Positions 1 through 9,657 of a DNA stretch of 64,000 bases are shown here, in pieces (the stretch's first letter is position 1; every line of letters starts with the position of its first letter). The notes beneath the pieces were generated by a model. The model made no database searches. It saw nothing but the letters and a program-made list of their open reading frames with translations, and was not told the origin of the DNA. Source of the stretch: Acidobacteriota bacterium (GTDB lineage Bacteria > Acidobacteriota > Thermoanaerobaculia > UBA5066); the NCBI GenBank assembly GCA_029567505.1, contig JAKPXO010000228.1:3376-67375 (forward strand). The letters are read 5' to 3'. The translations under genes and the position numbers were made by a program.

Positions 1-419
1 AGGAAGGCGGCGCTGTCGAGCGTCTTCACGAGGACGAAGAGCGCCCCCGCGCGGGCCCAGCCGGTGCCGAGGACGCGGCGGTAGAGGGCCCAGCTCGCCA
101 CCTCGCCGCCCCGGAACGGGAGGACCTGAAGGAGGAACGTCGTCGCCCCCGAGACGGCCCACGCGCGCCCGAACGGGATGCGGCTCTCCGGCGGGAGGAG
201 GAGGTTCAGGCGAAGGGCGCGCGCCGCGAAGCCGAGCGCGTAGACGGCCCCTCCCGCCAGGAGGAGCCACGGGCGCGCCTGCGAAAGGCGGCCGAGCACG
301 TCGGCCGGGGCGTGGGCCACGTGCCGCGCCACGAGCGCGAGAAGGGCGAGCCAGAGGAGCGTGAGCGCCGCGCGGCGCAGGAGGGACCGCCGCCGGGGGT
401 CAGCCGCGGGCGTCGTCAC
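1..419 (-). CDS. Flippase-like / UPF0104 (lysyl-PG-synthase TM-region family) membrane protein; N-terminal part only, gene runs off the window start
   Basis: Manual translation of the minus strand from GTG at 419: VTTPAADPRRRSLLRRAALTLLWLALLALVARH...WAVSGATTFLLQVLPFRGGEVASWALYRR. Hydrophobic helices and a GGE..R motif typical of the UPF0104 family often paired with GT2 enzymes. Not in the ORF track because it is truncated by the window edge. Confidence 0.4.
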   Translation of the reverse strand, partial: MTTPAADPRRRSLLRRAALTLLWLALLALVARHVAHAPADVLGRLSQARPWLLLAGGAVYALGFAARALRLNLLLPPESRIPFGRAWAVSGATTFLLQVLPFRGGEVASWALYRRVLGTGWARAGALFVLVKTLDSAAF

Positions 420-1374
420 GGTCCTCGGCGCCCGGCGCCGCCTCTCTCCGGCGCAGGCGCAGGAGGATCTCCTCCGACAGCTTCCTGTTGATCGAGATCA
501 GGTCGGCGAGGAGACCCGTCAGGAAAGCCAGGAACGACGTGACGAGGAAGACGGTCGCGAGGAGGAGCGACTGCAGGTGCGCGCCGGGCGTCGGGTCGGT
601 GACGAGGATCCACGCGTAGCGGCCGAAGAGACCGGTCCCGAGGAGAAAGAGGAGGGCGGAGAGGCCGAGGAAGACCGGGAGCGGCTTGTAGAGCGCGGTG
701 ATCCGGAGGATGTTCGCGGCCTGGACGAGGACGTATCGCGACGTGCGGCGGAAGAGGCGCGACGGGCGGACGGGCGGGTTCGTCCCGACGCGGACGGAGG
801 CGACCGCCATCTCCTTGTGCCCCGCCTGGATCAGCGTCTCGACCGTGTAGGTCATTCGTCCGAAGACGTTCAGACGGAGCGCCGCCTCGCGCGTCAGGGC
901 GCGGAAGCCGGACGTGGCGTCGGGCACCTCGGTGCCGGAGGCGCGCCTCACGACCCACGACCCGAACCGCTGCATCCGCCGCTTGCCGGGGGAGAAGTCC
1001 TCCTTCGTCGCCACCCCGCGGTCGCCGACGACGATCTCCGCCTCCCCGCGCAGGATCGGGCCGACGAGGGTCACGACGTCGGCCGCCGCGTACTGCCGGC
1101 CGGCGTCGGTCGAGACGATCACGTCGGCTCCGAGCGCCAGCGCCCTGTCGAGCCCGGCTCGCCAGGCGACCGCGAGCCCGCGATGGATCGGAAGCCGGAG
1201 GACGTGGTCGGCGCCCGCCTCCTTCGCGACGCGCGCCGTCGCGTCGGTCGACCCGTCGTCGACGACGAGCACCTCGACGCGAGCGAAACCGGGGACCTGC
1301 CGGGGGAGCTCGCGGACGGCGGCCGCGATCTGCTCCTCCTCGTCCCAGGCCGGGATCTGGATGACGAGCTTCAC
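400..1374 (-). CDS. Family 2 glycosyltransferase (DPM1/GtrB-like) with two C-terminal TM helices
   Basis: 324 aa. GT2 fold signature VLVVDDGSTD...D.D in the N-terminal domain, C-terminal hydrophobic helices. Its TGA stop at 400-402 lies 15 nt downstream of the next gene's candidate GTG start at 419. Confidence 0.8.
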   Translation of the reverse strand: MKLVIQIPAWDEEEQIAAAVRELPRQVPGFARVEVLVVDDGSTDATARVAKEAGADHVLRLPIHRGLAVAWRAGLDRALALGADVIVSTDAGRQYAAADVVTLVGPILRGEAEIVVGDRGVATKEDFSPGKRRMQRFGSWVVRRASGTEVPDATSGFRALTREAALRLNVFGRMTYTVETLIQAGHKEMAVASVRVGTNPPVRPSRLFRRTSRYVLVQAANILRITALYKPLPVFLGLSALLFLLGTGLFGRYAWILVTDPTPGAHLQSLLLATVFLVTSFLAFLTGLLADLISINRKLSEEILLRLRRREAAPGAEDRDDARG

Positions 1375-1430
1375 GACACCCGAGGATATCCGAAGCCCTG
1401 CGGCGGACGGGGCGCGGCGTTCCGCCTCCG

Positions 1431-1952
1431 ATGCCGATCGACTATGTTCGGGGCATGTCGACGCGCCGCGAGCGCTTCCTCTTCCGGATCATCAACGTCT
1501 ACCCGCCGTATCTCGGCGCGGGGGTGCGAGTCCTGCACCGCGAGGGAGACGAGCGGACCTTCCGCGTCGAGATGCGCCTGCGCCCGTGGAACCGGAACCT
1601 CTTCGGCACGCACTTCGGCGGCTCGCTCTACGCGATGTGCGACCCGTGGTTCTGCTGGCTTCTCGTGCGCCACCTCGGGAGCGCCTACCTCGTCTGGGAC
1701 AAGGCCGCGTCGATCGAGTTCCTCAAGCCGGGCCGCGGTCGCGTCTCGGCGACGTTCCACGTCTCGTCGGAGACGGTCGAGGAGATCCGCGCCGCGGCCG
1801 ACCGGGACGGCAAGACGGAGCCGGTCCTGACCGCGGAGGTCGTCGCCGTTGACGGCGAGGTCGTCGCGCGAGTGACGAAGACGCTCTGGGTGAGGCGCAA
1901 GGACGCGCCGAAGCCTCCGGGGCGGGACGTCCCCGACCCGGGCTCGCCCTGA
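1431..1952 (+). CDS. DUF4442 / hotdog-fold thioesterase-like protein
   Basis: 173 aa. Motifs [14 protein letters not shown]...[20 protein letters not shown] resemble the DUF4442 family. Start could instead be the ATG at 1455. Confidence 0.5.
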   Translation: MPIDYVRGMSTRRERFLFRIINVYPPYLGAGVRVLHREGDERTFRVEMRLRPWNRNLFGTHFGGSLYAMCDPWFCWLLVRHLGSAYLVWDKAASIEFLKPGRGRVSATFHVSSETVEEIRAAADRDGKTEPVLTAEVVAVDGEVVARVTKTLWVRRKDAPKPPGRDVPDPGSP

Positions 1953-2005
1953 GGGCGCGTGCGGGCGCGGTTCCCCGGCGAGGCGATCTCGGAGAAGATC
2001 GGTCC

Positions 2006-2671
2006 ATGGCGAAGCTCGCCCCCTCCATCCTCTCCGCCGACTTCGGCCGGCTCGCCGCCCACGCCCGCGAGGCGATCGCGGCCGGCGCCGACTGGCTCCA
2101 CGTGGACGTCATGGACGGGCGGTTCGTCCCGAACCTCACGATCGGCCCGCTCGTCGTCGAGGCGCTCCGCCCGCTGCGCGAGGAGACCGGGGCGCTCCTC
2201 GACGTCCACCTCATGATCGTGGAGCCCGAGCGTTACCTCACCGACTTCGCGAGGGCGGGAGCCGACGTCCTGACGGTCCACGTCGAGGCGTGTCCGCACC
2301 TCCACCGGACGGTGCAGCAGATCCGCGAGCTCGGCGTGAAGGCGGGCGTCACGCTCAACCCCGCGACGCCGCTCTCCGCCCTCGAGGAGATCCTCCCGGA
2401 TGTCGACCAGGTGCTCGTCATGTCGGTCAACCCCGGCTTCGGCGGCCAGTCCTTCATCCCCGGCGCGACCGCACGCGTCCGCCGCCTCCGCGCGATGCTC
2501 GACGGAATCGGGTCGACGGCGGAGCTGGAGATCGACGGCGGCATCAAGCCGGAGAACGCCCGCGAGGTCGTCGACGCCGGAGCCACGGTCCTCGTCGCCG
2601 GCTCCGCCGTGTTCCGGGGAGACGTCGCGGCGAACGTGCGGAGGCTCCGGGAGGCGGCGGGACCGCGGTAG
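2006..2671 (+). CDS. rpe: Ribulose-phosphate 3-epimerase
   Basis: 221 aa. SILSADF...HVDVMDG.FVPN...VHLM...NPGFGGQ.F is a canonical Rpe TIM-barrel signature. Confidence 0.9.
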   Translation: MAKLAPSILSADFGRLAAHAREAIAAGADWLHVDVMDGRFVPNLTIGPLVVEALRPLREETGALLDVHLMIVEPERYLTDFARAGADVLTVHVEACPHLHRTVQQIRELGVKAGVTLNPATPLSALEEILPDVDQVLVMSVNPGFGGQSFIPGATARVRRLRAMLDGIGSTAELEIDGGIKPENAREVVDAGATVLVAGSAVFRGDVAANVRRLREAAGPR

Positions 2672-2750
2672 GACGGGAGCCGCGCGCGGACGGTTCCGCC
2701 GACGGCCTCGACGAAGCGGTCTGCCGAGGCGCCCCTCCCCGAAACGCATC

Positions 2751-2775
2751 GGCCGCCCCGCGGTAGAGGGCGGCC
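2751..2775. terminator. GC-rich hairpin between convergent rpe and the outer-membrane gene (putative bidirectional terminator)
   Basis: ggccgccc-cgcggtaga-gggcggcc: 8-bp perfect stem. No clear T-tract. Confidence 0.35.
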
Positions 2776-2805
2776 GGGAAGGGGGCCGGCGGGGCAGACG
2801 GCGGG

Positions 2806-3465
2806 TCAGAAAGAGACGGTGACGCCGAGGCGGGCCTGGGCCTGGAAGAGGCCGCTCGAGCACTCGTCGTCGTGGCATCCGTGGTGGTGGTCGTCCTCGT
2901 CGTCGTCGAACCGCGTGTCGCCGGTGTCGGTCCAGAAGGCGCGCCCCTCGAAGCGGACTCCGATGTTGGCGGAGAGCGGGATCTTCACGCCGCCGCCGAG
3001 ACTCCCGGAGAAGCGCCGGGTGCTGGAGTTGAACCCGTCGCGCGGATCGAGGTTGGCGATTCCCATCGACCCGACGACGAAGGGTTTCACGCGGGCGGTC
3101 GTCCACTGATAGAGCGCGCCGACGTGGTAGTAGTCGATGTCGAGGTCGAACTGGCGGTCGGACGGGCCGAAGAGCGTGCCGCTGTCGAGGCCGGTGCGCT
3201 GGTGGTCGGCGAGGAGCTCGATCTGGAGGTGCTCGGTGACGGGGATGTCGATCACGAGGCCGAGCGAGTGACCTTCCTCGAGGTCGGCGTCGCGATCCAG
3301 CGTGGTCGTTTCCTCGGCCCGGATCTCGCCGCCCCAGCGGAAGCCCACGGTCGGTGTGATCTCGAGGACGGGCTGGGCGTTCGCTCCGAGCGCTCCTCCG
3401 AGCAGAATGATCGCCGCGGCGAGGGTGGCGAGGTTGGAGGTGCGGGTCGGGTTGACCGGTGTCAT
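2806..3465 (-). CDS. Small outer-membrane beta-barrel protein with a His/Asp/Cys-rich C-proximal segment
   Basis: Real start reassigned to ATG at 3465 (MTPVNPTRTSNLATLAAAIILLGGALGANA signal peptide; GGAGGA 8 nt upstream). Alternating beta-strand pattern, C-terminal ...GVTVSF. The 393-aa ORF-track N-terminal extension is discarded as low-complexity. Confidence 0.65.
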   Translation of the reverse strand: MTPVNPTRTSNLATLAAAIILLGGALGANAQPVLEITPTVGFRWGGEIRAEETTTLDRDADLEEGHSLGLVIDIPVTEHLQIELLADHQRTGLDSGTLFGPSDRQFDLDIDYYHVGALYQWTTARVKPFVVGSMGIANLDPRDGFNSSTRRFSGSLGGGVKIPLSANIGVRFEGRAFWTDTGDTRFDDDEDDHHHGCHDDECSSGLFQAQARLGVTVSF

Positions 3466-3583
3466 GGTCGATGGTCCTCCTTGAATCTCTGGGGGCCAGG
3501 GCATGTCGCCCGGCACGGTCCACAAGATCCGCCCTGCGGCCGGCAGACGCTTGACCGAACCGTGATCACCGCGTGACCTCGGC

Positions 3584-4864
3584 GTGAGGAATGCGGACGA
3601 GGCCTCGACGGGCCCGAAAGCCGCGTTCTTCCGGGTTAGCATCCCGGCCGTGAAACGCGGCGCCGGCCCGCATTCCTCCGCTCTCCGCGCATCGCTCCGC
3701 CGTTCCGCGCCGCTGCTCGCGCTCCTCGCCTTCGCCCTGGCGGGGGCGCCCGCGGCCCGCTCGGAGGACGCTCCGCGGCCGTTCGTCCTGACCTTCTCCA
3801 ACCCGGGCGCGCGCAGCCTCGCGTTCGGGGGCGCCTTCGCGCCGCTCGCCGACGACGCCACCGCCGCGTACGCGAACCCGGCGGGGCTCGTGCAGCTGCT
3901 CCGGCCCGAGGTCTCCGTCGAGCTGCGCGTCAGCGGCGCTCTCGAGGACGACGACGCGACCGGGGACCCCACGGTGAAGCGGGCCAACGGGCTCTCGTAC
4001 TTCTCGGCGGTCTACCCGCTGCGGCGGTTCTCGCTCGCCCTCTACGGCCACCAGCTCGCGGGCATCGACATCGAGCCCCCCGGCGAGGAGGGCCCGGAGG
4101 CGGTGGCGCGGACGGCCCGGCGGGCGGCAGCGGGGGAGCGGCTCTCCGGCCTCGACGTCTGGCGCCTCGGCGTCTCTGCGGCGTTCCGGCTGCGCGACGA
4201 CCTCAGCGTCGGCCTCGGCGCGTCGTACTTCGACGGGAACGTGGAGCTGGCCCCGAGCGATGACCCGGACGCCGCAGGGCGGAGCGTTTCCAGCAACGAC
4301 TGGACGCTCAACACCGGGGTGCTCTGGCAGCCCGCGGAGCAGCTCCGGCTGGGGGCTTTCTACCGCCAGGGACCGACGCTCTCGCTCGGGAGGCTCGGCG
4401 CGACGCCCTGCGCGGGACGGGAGTGCGTCGAGGCCTCGCTCCGCCTCCCCGACACCTTCGGCGCCGGCGCCGCGCTGCGGTCGGCCGGCGGCGGGCTCAC
4501 GGTGGCCTTCGAGTGGGACCGGGTCCGCTACTCGAGCCTCGTCGCGGGGCTCTCCGCAGCGGCGCTCGGCGCCGACCGGCTCTCCCTCTCGGACGCGAAC
4601 GAGTTCCACGTGGGCGCCGAGTACGCGTTCCTGCGGCTCGACCCGGTGCTGGCCGTGCGCGTCGGCGGGTGGCTCGACCCCGATCACCGCCTTTGCGGCG
4701 CGGCCGCGGACTCGGCGTACCGATGCGAGACCGATGTCCGCTCGGGCGAGGGGCACGTCACGCTGGGCTTCGGAATGGCGTTCAAGCGCTTCCAGCTCGA
4801 CCTGGCGGTCGACGGCTCTCGCGCCGAGGTGACGACGTCGATCTCCGGGATCTTCAGCTTCTAG
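3584..4864 (+). CDS. FadL/OmpP1/TodX-family outer-membrane hydrophobic-compound transporter
   Basis: 426 aa. N-terminal family motif NPGARSLAFGGAFAPLADDATAAYANPAGLVQL. Signal peptide LLALLAFALAGAPAARS. C-terminal Phe. Confidence 0.7.
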   Translation: MRNADEASTGPKAAFFRVSIPAVKRGAGPHSSALRASLRRSAPLLALLAFALAGAPAARSEDAPRPFVLTFSNPGARSLAFGGAFAPLADDATAAYANPAGLVQLLRPEVSVELRVSGALEDDDATGDPTVKRANGLSYFSAVYPLRRFSLALYGHQLAGIDIEPPGEEGPEAVARTARRAAAGERLSGLDVWRLGVSAAFRLRDDLSVGLGASYFDGNVELAPSDDPDAAGRSVSSNDWTLNTGVLWQPAEQLRLGAFYRQGPTLSLGRLGATPCAGRECVEASLRLPDTFGAGAALRSAGGGLTVAFEWDRVRYSSLVAGLSAAALGADRLSLSDANEFHVGAEYAFLRLDPVLAVRVGGWLDPDHRLCGAAADSAYRCETDVRSGEGHVTLGFGMAFKRFQLDLAVDGSRAEVTTSISGIFSF

Positions 4865-5852
4865 GCCGCGCTGCCGCCGCGAGGTGGCGACCGAGGAACC
4901 AGCTGCCGGGCTCCGGGCGCCCGCCGGCGCCGCTCCGTACGAGGCCCAGCGCGCGAAGGCGGGCGATTCGCTCGGCGACACAGGTCGCGTCGCCCGCCGA
5001 AGGGGAGGCGATTCCGGCGAGAAGCTCGCGATCGGCGTCCCCGAGGAGGCCGAGATCGACGTCGCAGAGGCGTGTCACCGTCGGGTCGCGGGCCAGCCCC
5101 TCGCACGCTTCCTGGGCGTTGCCGAGCTCGATCGCGCGCTTGGCGCCGAGCTGGAGGAGGAACGGATGCCCGCCGCAACGAGTCGTCAGGAGATCGACCG
5201 CGGCTTCGGCGAGGTCGGGCCTCCGCCCCGCGGGTAGGTTCTCCTGCCTCAGGAGGCGGCGCGCCTCCTCGTCCTCCAGGGGTCCGATCCACAGCGGTGC
5301 GCCGAAGGCCGCGAGAAGGCGGTGGTCCGGTCCGCTTGTCGAAGTCCCGGCGAGGCGGACGGAGGAAGCCAGGACGACCCTCGTACCGGACTCGTTCCAC
5401 GCGCTTTCGAGCGATCCGAGCCGCTCCGGGTGGCGCCGCAGGAGGGCGAAGAGGTCCTCGGCCTCGTCACAGAGGAGAAGCAGCCGCCGGCCGTGTCGTC
5501 CGAGCTCCCCGGCGAGGCCGGCGAGCGTCGCCGACGCCGGCCCGGGCTTCGGCAGCCCGACGCCCGTCGCGGCGAGAGCGGGTTCGACGTCGATCAGCGC
5601 CTCGTGGAGGCCGAGGTCCAGCTCGTCCGGCTCGTCCGAGCCCTGGAGGTCCCAGACGACTGGCAGGAAGGGCCCCGGCCTGTCGCCGGCGAGCCGTTCG
5701 ACCTCGCGGAGGAGCGAGGTCTTGCCGACGCGGCGCATCCCGACGAGCCAGAGCCGATCCCGTGGCCCGTGGAGCGCCTCCCGGAGCAGGTCGCTCCGGC
5801 CGTAGAAGCGCTCGCCGCGCACCCACGGGCCGACGACGTACGGGACGTTCAT
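4854..5852 (-). CDS. Stand-alone AAA_16/STAND-like ATPase (third gene of the ATPase cluster)
   Basis: Start reassigned to ATG at 5852 (MNVPYVVGPWVRGERFYGRSDLLREALHGPRDRLWLVGMRRVGKTSLL = Walker A; LLLLCDEAEDL = Walker B). Its ATG overlaps the upstream gene's TGA (ATGA). Confidence 0.7.
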   Translation of the reverse strand: MNVPYVVGPWVRGERFYGRSDLLREALHGPRDRLWLVGMRRVGKTSLLREVERLAGDRPGPFLPVVWDLQGSDEPDELDLGLHEALIDVEPALAATGVGLPKPGPASATLAGLAGELGRHGRRLLLLCDEAEDLFALLRRHPERLGSLESAWNESGTRVVLASSVRLAGTSTSGPDHRLLAAFGAPLWIGPLEDEEARRLLRQENLPAGRRPDLAEAAVDLLTTRCGGHPFLLQLGAKRAIELGNAQEACEGLARDPTVTRLCDVDLGLLGDADRELLAGIASPSAGDATCVAERIARLRALGLVRSGAGGRPEPGSWFLGRHLAAAARPRS

Positions 5853-8248
5853 TCGAGGCCCTCGCCGGCGATCGCCTCCACGTCGGCGAGCGTGATCGTC
5901 CCGCGGCCCTCCTGGTGGAGCCGGCCGACGAGCGCGACGCACGCCTTCTGGATCCGGTACGGCCGGCCGGCGGTGACGTCGACCAGACGCTGGAGGGCCG
6001 CGTCGTCGATGTCGAAGACGCCGTCGATGGGGCGGCGCACGAGCGCCTCGGCGGCCCCGCGGTCGAGCGGCGCGACCTCGAGCTCCTCGAAGAAGTTGTA
6101 CCAGGGCGAGCCGGCGAGCTCCCAGTGCTTCAGGATCCCGACCCCGGAGACGACGGCCACGAGGTGCTCGGAGAAGGCGCGCATGAAGAGGCTTCGAAGC
6201 CTCTGGTTCACCTTCGGGTCGTAGGAGTTGAGCTCGTCGACCTCGTCGATGAGAAGGACGAGCTTCACGCGCTTGACCGTGCGGCGTCCCAGGGATTCGA
6301 GCACGGCTCGCAGGTCGCGGGTGAGCTCGTGGTAGCCGTAGCCGGCGACGCGGCCCGCCTCGGGGGCGACGGCGCCGGGCGGGAGGAGCGGGCCGAGCTC
6401 GTCGAGGATCGCGACCATCAGGGCACCGAAGAAGCGCTCCTCCGGGACCCCCTGGAGGTCGACGAGGACGGGGTGGAACGCGAACTCCGGGTCGTCGAGC
6501 TGCTCGAGCCGGCGCTTGAGGTGGTGGAGGAGCGAGGTCTTGCCGATGCGGCGCTCGCCGTAGAGGAGGAGGCTGTTGTTGGGAATCGTCTGCAGGACCC
6601 GGTCGATGAGCGGCTCGCGTCCGAAGAAGAGACGCTCGTCGAGGACTGGCGCGCCGGCGACGTAGGGATTGAACTTCCGTCGCCGCCGGCGTCGCCTCCG
6701 GAGCCTTCGGCCGGTGACGAAGGCACCCGCCGCGGCGAGCGGGATCGCGGCGAGGAGCGCGAGGGCCCACGGCGAGCGCGCGAAGGGCCGCTCGTAGAGG
6801 ACGACGTACTCGGCGCTTGCCGAGAGGCCCTCCGCGTCGGTGGCGACGACGCGGAGCGTCGTGCGGCCCGGGGCGAGCCGCGACGTCGACGAGAACTCCG
6901 TGAGGACGAAGTCGCCGACGTCCTGGCCCGCGGTGCCGGCGGGAGCACCGGCGTCCGTCCCGACGCCGACGTGGACGCGGACGGCCGACCGGTCGAACAC
7001 CACCCCCGAGAGGCGGAACTCCGGGGCGTCGACGATCTCCGCCCGCGTGCCGTCCGGAAGGGTCTCTCGCTGGTCCGAGAAACGGATGGCCGGAGGGAGG
7101 TTCTGACCGGTGCCCCTGCCGAGGAGCGCGCGGCTGATCTCGCCGTAGGCGCGACGGACGGCGGCGCGGGCCGGCTCGCTCGCAGCGTCGAGGGCGAGGG
7201 CACGGTTCGCGGCGGCAAGCGCCCGTTCGTGGCGCCCCGCGGCGTGCTCGGCGTCCGCTTCGGCGAGGGCGCGCGCCACGGCGTCCCGCTTCGCGTTGGA
7301 GCGGCGATCGGAGAGGAGACGCTCGAGGAGCGCCGCCGCGTCGCGGTTGCCGGGGTCGAGCGCCAGCGCCGGCTGGAGGCGATCGAGCGCCTCGGCGTTG
7401 CGCCCGGTACCGGCCAGCTCGCGGGCCGATGCGAGCGCCTCGTCGACCGCGGCGGCACGCGACCCTCGGGCGGCGTCGAGGGCCGAGAGCATTCCCTCCT
7501 CCGCACGGCGCAGGAGCCCCTCCGGGTCGGCGCCCGGCCGGAGCGAGAGGGCCTGTCTCAGGAGGCTCGCCGCCTCCGCGAAACGCCCGGCGGCCAGGGC
7601 GACACGGGCCGAGGAGACGAGACCCGCGGCGTGCTCGCTCTCCTGCCTCTCGCGCTCGCGGCGGTCGGCGTCCTTTCGGAGCCGGGCCGCCCTCGTGACG
7701 GCTCCAGCGTGCTCGGGAGAGACGGCGAGCGCGCGCGAGAGCGCGTCGAGCGCCTCCGCGGGCTTCCCCTGAGCCTCGAGCGCGTCAGCTTCGCTCAGGG
7801 CCCGCGCGACGATCGCCGCCACCCGCTCCGACTCGCCCTCCTCGGCGCCCGCGCGGGCCTCGTCCGTCAGCTGCCGGTACCGCTTGAGGAGCACGCGGGC
7901 CTCGACGGAGCGCGCGACGGCGCCGAGCCGTTCCTCGGTTTCGAACGCCTGCCGTGCGGCGTCGATCTCTCCGAGGTGGAAGTAGGCGATGCCCAGCCTG
8001 AGGTAGGGGAAGTAGTCGACGACCCGCATGCCGTACGTGCGCTCGCGGACGCCGGAATCGCCCTTCGCTTCGATCGCGCCGTTCAGCTCGGCCACGGCCG
8101 TTCGCCAGTCGCTGGCGGCGAGCGCCTTCTCGGCGCGCGCGTAGTGCTCGTACCAGCGGTCCGCGCGGGCGGGCGCGGCGAGGAGAACGAAGGCGAAGGC
8201 GACGAGGGCCGGCGCGAACGGGCGCGGGCGGGGTGCGCGCGCTCTCAC
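5849..8248 (-). CDS. Signal peptide + extracytoplasmic TPR array + single TM helix + poly-Arg tract + cytoplasmic AAA_16/STAND-like ATPase
   Basis: 799 aa. N-terminal signal peptide (AFAFVLLAAPARA). Six or more TPR-like helical repeats and an Ig-like segment. TM helix ALALLAAIPLAAAGAFVTG followed by RRLRRRRRRRRK. Then FFGREPLIDRVLQ...LLLYGERRIGKTSLL (Walker A) and LVLLIDEVDEL (Walker B). GTG start overlaps the upstream TGA (GTGA). Confidence 0.7.
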   Translation of the reverse strand: MRARAPRPRPFAPALVAFAFVLLAAPARADRWYEHYARAEKALAASDWRTAVAELNGAIEAKGDSGVRERTYGMRVVDYFPYLRLGIAYFHLGEIDAARQAFETEERLGAVARSVEARVLLKRYRQLTDEARAGAEEGESERVAAIVARALSEADALEAQGKPAEALDALSRALAVSPEHAGAVTRAARLRKDADRRERERQESEHAAGLVSSARVALAAGRFAEAASLLRQALSLRPGADPEGLLRRAEEGMLSALDAARGSRAAAVDEALASARELAGTGRNAEALDRLQPALALDPGNRDAAALLERLLSDRRSNAKRDAVARALAEADAEHAAGRHERALAAANRALALDAASEPARAAVRRAYGEISRALLGRGTGQNLPPAIRFSDQRETLPDGTRAEIVDAPEFRLSGVVFDRSAVRVHVGVGTDAGAPAGTAGQDVGDFVLTEFSSTSRLAPGRTTLRVVATDAEGLSASAEYVVLYERPFARSPWALALLAAIPLAAAGAFVTGRRLRRRRRRRRKFNPYVAGAPVLDERLFFGREPLIDRVLQTIPNNSLLLYGERRIGKTSLLHHLKRRLEQLDDPEFAFHPVLVDLQGVPEERFFGALMVAILDELGPLLPPGAVAPEAGRVAGYGYHELTRDLRAVLESLGRRTVKRVKLVLLIDEVDELNSYDPKVNQRLRSLFMRAFSEHLVAVVSGVGILKHWELAGSPWYNFFEELEVAPLDRGAAEALVRRPIDGVFDIDDAALQRLVDVTAGRPYRIQKACVALVGRLHQEGRGTITLADVEAIAGEGLE

Positions 8249-9657
8249 GACCGGGTCACCAGCCAGCGGCGGAAGAAGTGGCTCGCGATCGCGACGGAGC
8301 CGTCCGGCGCGCGACGGAGGAGGCCGAGCCGCTCGAGCTCGAGGAGCCGGCCCGTCGGGCCGGATGTCCGCGCCGCGGCCTCGTCCGCCGCGGCCAGACC
8401 GCGCAGGAGGTCACGGTCCTCCTCGTCGAGGAGCGAGAGGTCGACCGAAAAGAGGCGCCCGAGCGCCGGGTCGTCCTCGAGCTCGGCGATGGCCGCCTCC
8501 GTGTCGCCGCGCTCGAGGACGCGCGCCGCGAGCGCCTGCAGCTGGAACGGGTGGTTCCCGCAGGTCTCGCGGATCCTCTCCACCGTCCTCGCGTCGAACG
8601 CCATCCCGGCGCCGGGGCCCGGGCGGGCCGGGCCGAGCAGGTCGCGCGCCTCGGAGTCGGCGAGCGCGCCGAGGTAGACGGGCGGCGTGAAGCCGTGCAG
8701 GAAAGGCGACGTCTCGCCGTCCGGATCGGCGAGCGCCCAGAGCCGGCGCGAGGCCGCCAGAACGGTGCGGATCCCTTCGCGCGACTGGAGCGCGCGGCGG
8801 AGCTTGCGCAGGATCGCGGGCTCGCGCTCCCGCAGCCGGAGGAGCTCCTCGGCCTCGTCGACGAGGAGCAGCAGCTTGAGTCCCTGGGCGCCGAGCAGAC
8901 GGCGCAGGCGTCCGAGCGACGTGAAGAAGTCGCCGGACGGGACCTCGCCGGGCGCGATCCCCGCGGCCGAGAGGCGCGGAGAGGCGTCGAGGAGCGCTTC
9001 CGCGAGGTCCTCCTCGAGCTCGGCGGCATCCTCGACTCCCTCGAGGTCGAGAACGAGCGGCATGAAGCCGCGCTCCGGTGCGGCGGCCGTCAGGTATTCG
9101 GCCTGTCGGAGGAGCGAGGTCTTGCCCACGGCCCGGGTCCCCACGACCCAGAGCGCGTCGCGCGGGCCGTCGAGGATCTCCGCGAGCTGCGCGTCCCGCC
9201 CGAAGAAACGCTCGGCGCGGACCCACCCCCCGGCAACGAAGGGTCTCGACATGGCGGCGACCGCCGGGCGCGCGTTTGTAGCCGGGTTTCGTTCGGGCGG
9301 CACCGGTGGCGACGCCGCCTTCACCGGGGCGAGCAGGCGATAGCCTCGCTTCGAGATCGTCTCGATGTAGCGTGGCTGGCCGGCCACGTCGCCGAGAGCC
9401 CGCCGGAGCTTCGCGATCGCCCGGGTGATCGCCCACTCGGTGATGAACTCGACCTTCCAGACGCCTTCGACGAGCTGGTCGCGGGAGACGACCTGGCCGG
9501 CCCGGTCGGCCAGGAAGACGAGGACGTCCATGAGCCGCGGCTCGAGCTGCACGCTCGCGCCCGGACGCGAGATCCGATTCTGGTCGGGCTGGACGAGCCA
9601 GCCACCCAGCTCGAGGCTGCCGACCCCGACGGCGGGTCCGCGCTCGGAACTGGCCAT
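8245..9657 (-). CDS. OmpR/CadC-type winged-helix DNA-binding domain fused to an AAA_16/STAND-like ATPase
   Basis: Trans_reg_C-like segment LEPRLMDVLVFLADRAGQVVSRDQLVEGVWKVEFITEWAITRAIAKLRRALGD...YIETISKRGYRLLAPV, then FFGRDAQLAEILDGPRDALWVVGTRAVGKTSLL and LLLLVDEAEEL. Start taken as ATG at 9657 (MASSERG...). The ORF-track start at 9747 is possible. Confidence 0.7.
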   Translation of the reverse strand: MASSERGPAVGVGSLELGGWLVQPDQNRISRPGASVQLEPRLMDVLVFLADRAGQVVSRDQLVEGVWKVEFITEWAITRAIAKLRRALGDVAGQPRYIETISKRGYRLLAPVKAASPPVPPERNPATNARPAVAAMSRPFVAGGWVRAERFFGRDAQLAEILDGPRDALWVVGTRAVGKTSLLRQAEYLTAAAPERGFMPLVLDLEGVEDAAELEEDLAEALLDASPRLSAAGIAPGEVPSGDFFTSLGRLRRLLGAQGLKLLLLVDEAEELLRLREREPAILRKLRRALQSREGIRTVLAASRRLWALADPDGETSPFLHGFTPPVYLGALADSEARDLLGPARPGPGAGMAFDARTVERIRETCGNHPFQLQALAARVLERGDTEAAIAELEDDPALGRLFSVDLSLLDEEDRDLLRGLAAADEAAARTSGPTGRLLELERLGLLRRAPDGSVAIASHFFRRWLVTRS

